This document shows positions 58,892-64,000 of a stretch of 64,000 nucleotides of DNA, piece after piece (position 1 is the stretch's first letter; every line of letters begins with the position of its first letter). The translations under genes were made by a program, and so were the position numbers. Source of the stretch: Dendrobates tinctorius (lineage: Eukaryota). The stretch is from NCBI RefSeq assembly GCF_039654945.1, contig NW_027361770.1, forward strand, positions 36,022,001 to 36,086,000. Direction: 5' to 3'. The notes under the pieces are model-generated. The model was not told where the DNA came from, searched no databases, and saw nothing but the letters and a program-made list of their open reading frames with translations.

Positions 58892-60258
58892 GTAAGTATA
58901 TAATTTTATATATTTTTTTTCATTTATATACTGATTTTGTTGACTAGTAAAGAACTAATGCCTTTGTGCAGCATGAATTCATAAATGGAAGAAGATGGGG
59001 TCTGTGGGGAATATGAGAGAAAAGGTGATTGACAGCACCATTAACCCCATTACTTCTCAAATTCATACAGCAATTTCTGGGGATGCCTCATTTTGGCAGT
59101 ATCAAGTTTTATTTATGCGGGACATAGTGAAGATCTTCTACCCATCCACTGCATTGCAGTGCCTTTATCTCTCCATGAGTCCGTACTTGTAAAATGATAC
59201 TGGAGTAAAATATAGTGCTGGATAACAGCAGAATAGACCTACAGACATAATTACTGCAGATCAGTATATCGGGGAACAGTTCTGGGGCTTCAGCTTTTAC
59301 AGCTCAGGTATGGGGGAGTCTAGACACCCTGACTTGTGTATGTTGTAAGAGTTATATCCACTGGATGGGACAAAATATGCTTTCATCGAACTGGTAAATG
59401 GTGTTATCAAGGCTAAAAATAATCCCTTACACAAGCTGTCTAGCATGAAAAGTAAGAAAATCCTCTTCTGGGAATGTCTGGGTCTGCCCACAGTATTTGT
59501 ACTATCTCTTACAACTGGAACAGGTGTGTGACCGCTGCAGCCATATTTACTTAAAGGGCTATTCCCATATCCAAGATCCTATCACAATATGTAGTAGGTG
59601 TAGTATTAATAGCAAATACCTCCAATAAGAAATGTAGTGTAGTTATTCTGATGCGCTATGTCGTTTACCTCATGTGCACGGCATTGCAGTAGCTGAGGTA
59701 ACGATGGTTTCGACCACTCATACAGTGACAATTAGCTTGCTTTTAGTGGTCCTAACCATGGATACCTAAGCTACTGCAATGCCCTGCGCATGGGGTAAGC
59801 AAAGAGAGAAAGAGTATCAAGGAAAAAAACGTCTATAACGAGGTCAAAAATATTATTAATCAAAAGACCAAGTAGACTGGACTGAATAGAAGGGATAGTT
59901 GGTCACAATAAACTAAAGAAGGTGGGAGGAGAGGAAGAAAAAAAACGACCAAAAAATTCCAATAGAATAGTAAATCGTGTAATCTTTATTAAGTATACAT
60001 AATGGTAATTGGCAACATTTGGATAATAAAAATATTTTTTATATGTATGTTAAAAACATGAACAAGGACGATCACTGAACTATAAAAATAAAATACAAGG
60101 AAGCCGATAATATATACACACAATAAATAGATATAGACAAAAAAATAATACAAAACATTTTTTTTTTTTTTTTTTAAAAAGTGCAGCGCACAGAAAATGA
60201 AAAGATTATTATTATAGTGCAAGATTAAGATACTGCCACATAACAGTATAATAAAGTA

Positions 60259-61875
60259 CCGTATATACTCGCGTATAAGCCAAGATTTTCAGCCCATTTT
60301 TTTGGGCTGAAAGTCCCCCTCTCGGCTTATACGTGAGTCATATAGCCTGGGGGAGGGGGAGCGGGGGTGTCAGATCATACTGGCCCCCCCCTGCTTGTCC
60401 CATGGTCTCCCTTCCTTCCTACATCGGTCACATGGTACCGCTCATTAAACTCTATTACTTTAATGAGCAGTACCACGTGACCGCTGAAGGGAGAAACGGG
60501 GCTGTAGAGACGCACCAGGGGAAGGTAAGTATATGCTATATTCACCTGTCCCGGTTCCAACGCTGCTCGCCGCTGTCTGCCCGCTGGGTCCTTCTGTCAG
60601 TGACGTTCAGACAGCAGAGGGGCGCGATGATGTAGTCAGCAGTGTATGCCCTCTGCCTGACGTCACTGACAGAGGGACCTGGTGAGCAGCGTTGGAACCC
60701 CGGGACAGGTGAATATCTCAGGTGCTGGGTCCTGAGCCAGCGGCGACACCTGTCCCCTATAGCGCGCCGGTGTCCGCCTGCTCAGCACACCGGCACCTGG
60801 CCCCCAGTGACAAGAGGTGAGTATGTCTTTTTCAATTTTTTTCCTTTTTTTTTTTTTTTTTTTTTTTATACCTGCAGTAGCGGCAGCAGCAATATATGGG
60901 GGCATATTCAATGGAGCATCTTATGGGGGCAGCATATGGGGGTATATTCAATGGAAGCATCTTATGGGGGCAGCATATGGGGGATATTTAATGGAGCATC
61001 TTATGGGGGAAGCATATGGTTGCATATTCAATGGAGCATCTTATGGGGGCATATTCAATGGAGCATCTTATGGGGGCATATTCAATGGAGCATCTTATGG
61101 GGGCATATTCAATGGAGCATCTTATGTGGGGGCAGCATATGGGGGTATATTCAGTGGAGCATCTTATGGGGGCAGCATATGGGGGTATATTCAATGGAGC
61201 ATCTTATGGGGACAGCATATGGGGGTATATTCAATGGAGCATCTTATGGGGGCAGCATATGGGGTTATATTCAATGGAGCATCTTATGGTGGTAGCATAT
61301 GGGGGGATATTCAATGGTGCATCTTATGGGGGCATATTCAATGAAGCATCTTATGGGGGCAGCATATGGGGGCATATTCTATGGAGCATTTTATGGGGCA
61401 GCATATTGGGCATATTCAATGGAACATCTTATGGGGCATTATCTATGGAGCATCTTATGGGGGCCTATTCTATGGAACATTTTATGGTGCAGCATATGGG
61501 GCATATTCAATGGAACATTTTATGGTGCAGCATATGGGGCATAATCTATGGAACGTCTTATGGGGCATATTATTCTATGAAGCATCTTATGGGGCCATTA
61601 TTAACCTTTGTACAGCATCTTATGGGGCCCATCATGAACTGTATGGAGCATTATATGGGGCTCCTGATTCAATATGGCTATAAAACATTTAACCTACTGA
61701 TGTCTCAATTAATTTTACTTTTATTGGTATCTATTTTTATTTTTGAAATTTACCAGTAGCTGCTGCATTTTCCACCCTAGGCTTATACGCGAGTCAATAA
61801 GTTTTCCCAGTTTTTTGTGGCAAAATTAAGGGGGTCGGCTTATACACGGGTCGGCTTATACACAAGTATATACTG
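60259..61875. mobile_element. Tc1/pogo-type non-autonomous element with internal minisatellite
   Basis: TA-CCGTATATACTCG...AGTATATACTG-TA; ATATTCAATGGAGCATCTTATGGGGG(CAGCATATGGGGG) array at ~60890-61680. Confidence 0.8.
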
Positions 61876-62002
61876 TAGTGTGCTGTGCAACTATATAATC
61901 AATTTGACAAAATGGAGTGATAAAAATAATATTATAAAATTATAAAGTGCCGGGTGCAATATATATCCATACTGACAGCATTAGATTGACATTATAGAAT
62001 TA

Positions 62003-62335
62003 GGCTGTGTTCACACACAGCGTTTTTTTAGCGGTTTTTACCTCGGTTTTCACTATAAAACCGCTAAAAATAAGCTTCCCAGTCATTTGTATGCATTTTG
62101 CACTTTTTGTGCACATTGATGCGTTTTTTACCTCGAAAAAACCGCATTGCGGTAAAAAACGCAGCATGCACATTAATTTTGTGGATTTTTCCGCGGTTTA
62201 GGCTTCTTCCATGCGGTTTGAAACCGCTGCGGGAAAAAACCGCATCAAAAAACGCGCAAAAACCGCCGCGGAAAAATAGGTGCGTTTTCTGGGAAGGGAT
62301 TCATGTTTTTGAGCAGACATTTTCTGCACTTAGCC
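62003..62335. mobile_element. Harbinger-type MITE, degenerate
   Basis: GGCTGTGTTCACA start and CACTTAGCC end with TTA/TAA flanks. Confidence 0.6.
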
Positions 62336-63345
62336 TTAACCCCTTCACCCCCAAGGGTGGTTTGCACGTTCATGACTGGTCCAATTTTTACAATTCTGAC
62401 CACTGTACCTTTATGAGGTCATAACTCTGGAACGCTTCCATGGATCCCGGTGATTCTGACATTGTTTTCTCGTGACATATTGTACTTCATGTTAGTGGTA
62501 AAATTTCATTCAAATAACTTGCGTTTATTTGTGAGAAAAACGGAAATTTGGCGAAAATTTTGAAAATTTTGCAATTTTCCAACTTTGAATTTTTATGCCC
62601 TTAAATCACAGAGATACGGCACACAAAAAACTTGATAACTAACATTTCCCACATGTTTACTTTACATCAGCACAATTTTGGAACCAAAATTTTTTTTTTT
62701 GTCAGGAAGTTATAAGGGTTAAAAGTTGACCAGCGATTTCTCATTTTTACAACACCATTTTTTTTTTTTAGGACCACATCACATTTGAAGCCACTTTGAG
62801 GGGTCTATATGATAGAAAATACCCAAAAGTGACACCATTCTAAAAACTGCACCCCTTAAGGTGCTCAAAACCATATTCAAGAAGTTTATTAACCCTTTAG
62901 GTGCGTCACAGGAATTTTTTTTAATATTTAAAAAAACATGAACATCTAACTTTTTTTCACAAAAAAAATACTTCAGGTTCAATTTTTTTTATTTTACCAA
63001 GGGTAACAGGAGAAATTGGACTGCAAAAGTTATTGTGCAATTTGTCCTGAGTACGCTGATACCTGATATGTGCGGGGGAACGACTGTTTCGGCGCATGGC
63101 AGAGCTCAGAATGGATGGAGCGCCGTTTGACTTTTTCAATGCAAAATTGGCTGGAATTCAGATCGGACGCCATGTCACGTCTGGAGAGTCCCTGATGTAC
63201 CTAAACAGTGGAAACCCCCTACAAGTGACCCCATTTTGGAAACTAGACCCCCCAAGAAACTTATCTAGATATGTGGTGAGAACTTTGAACCCACAAGGGC
63301 TTTACAGAAGTTTTATAGCGTACAGCGGTACAATTAAAAAATCAT
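62336..63345 (+). mobile_element. piggyBac-like (TTAA-CCCCTT) non-autonomous element, left part
   Basis: Begins TTAACCCCTT; related fragments occur at 39028-39500 and 37555-38195. Confidence 0.55.
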
Positions 63346-63349
63346 ATTT

Positions 63350-64000
63350 TACCCTTCGCCACGACAGCACCCACTGGAGGTATCGGATCCGCCCCATTTG
63401 GAACAGGAAACCCTACAGGAAAGATAAAAGGGGGCGGTCCGCCTCTCCTCATTTTTTGGTTTCCTGTTCCAAACGGAGCCAGGATCCTTCAGGAAGCTTA
63501 CCTGGGCCATGCATGCCGCCTGTGCAGTCTCCTTGGGAACGGCAGGGGCTGCGGTCCGGAGGCAGCGTCGGGGGAGACTCCGCTAGACGGCTCCCCCCTC
63601 GTCTGGCAGGTGGAGGGTGCTGACCGGGTCCGGGGTGGGACGCCCGGTCTCACCCAGGAGTGCGCCGGGGAGGCACCAAGGCGCCGCCGCTGCCCGGGTA
63701 AGTGCGCCTGTGGCGCGAAGAAAGAAAAAAAAAAAAAGGGAAGAGAGGCTCCCGTGAGGCAGCGGTGGCGGTGGGCGCAGGCCGCAGAGAACAGGCGGGG
63801 GCGCGGTGGCCGGCCGGCGTGGAGACTCCTTAACCCCGAAAGTAATGATTGAACTTCCGGGGTAGGATGGCTGAGCGCGACGGCGCATGTGCGGGGAAAT
63901 CCCGGGGAGGAGCGACTTCCGGGGAGAGAAAAAAAAAAGAGAAGACCAATTTAAAGCAGCGCGCAATCTATTTAAACAGCGCGCAGCTGAGCAGGGACAA
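63350..64000 (+). mobile_element. DIRS-like element, 5' terminal region running off the window
   Basis: Terminal motif shared (inverted) with 18632-18724, followed by a GC-rich leader. No RT or tyrosine recombinase lies inside the window. Confidence 0.5.

Noticed and set aside
60642-61759. Repetitive ORFs (GIFNGASYGG... and others) and CRISPR-like periodicity
   Set aside because: This is a tandem minisatellite inside a TA-flanked MITE; there are no unique spacers and no cas genes.
63450-64000. CpG-rich stretch as a third host promoter
   Set aside because: It begins with a terminal motif repeated at 18.6 kb and interrupts another transposon, so a retroelement leader is more likely, though a promoter is not excluded.

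Overview
Repeat-saturated vertebrate genomic DNA. The repeat repertoire (Harbinger and Kolobok/T2-type MITEs, Penelope elements with hammerhead motifs, DIRS, Gmr1 gypsy, L1) suggests an anuran frog; this is an inference. No prokaryotic genes, rRNA/tRNA genes or CRISPR arrays were seen. The main elements are: (1) an apparently very young, full-length Gmr1-clade gypsy element (23956-32335) with 1582-bp LTRs that look identical, a GTCA target-site duplication (TSD) and one 1658-aa ORF ordered SCAN-Gag, PR, IN, RT, RH; (2) an older degenerate Gmr1 element; (3) two L1s; (4) a Rex1/Babar LINE; (5) Tc1, hAT, Helitron, DIRS and Penelope remnants; (6) six solo LTRs and many MITEs, often nested several layers deep. 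Host signals are a CpG-rich, probably bidirectional promoter at about 38.4-38.8 kb and a few candidate exons, including a 13-nt microexon; the host genes could not be identified. The most interesting observations are: a ~700-nt U5 in the young LTR that forms a chain of hairpins carrying several tRNA-Leu primer-binding-site (PBS)-like and anti-PBS motifs; five hammerhead ribozyme motifs, one in a 352-nt retrozyme-like monomer; and a promoter plus first-exon-like fragment trapped inside three nested DNA transposons.
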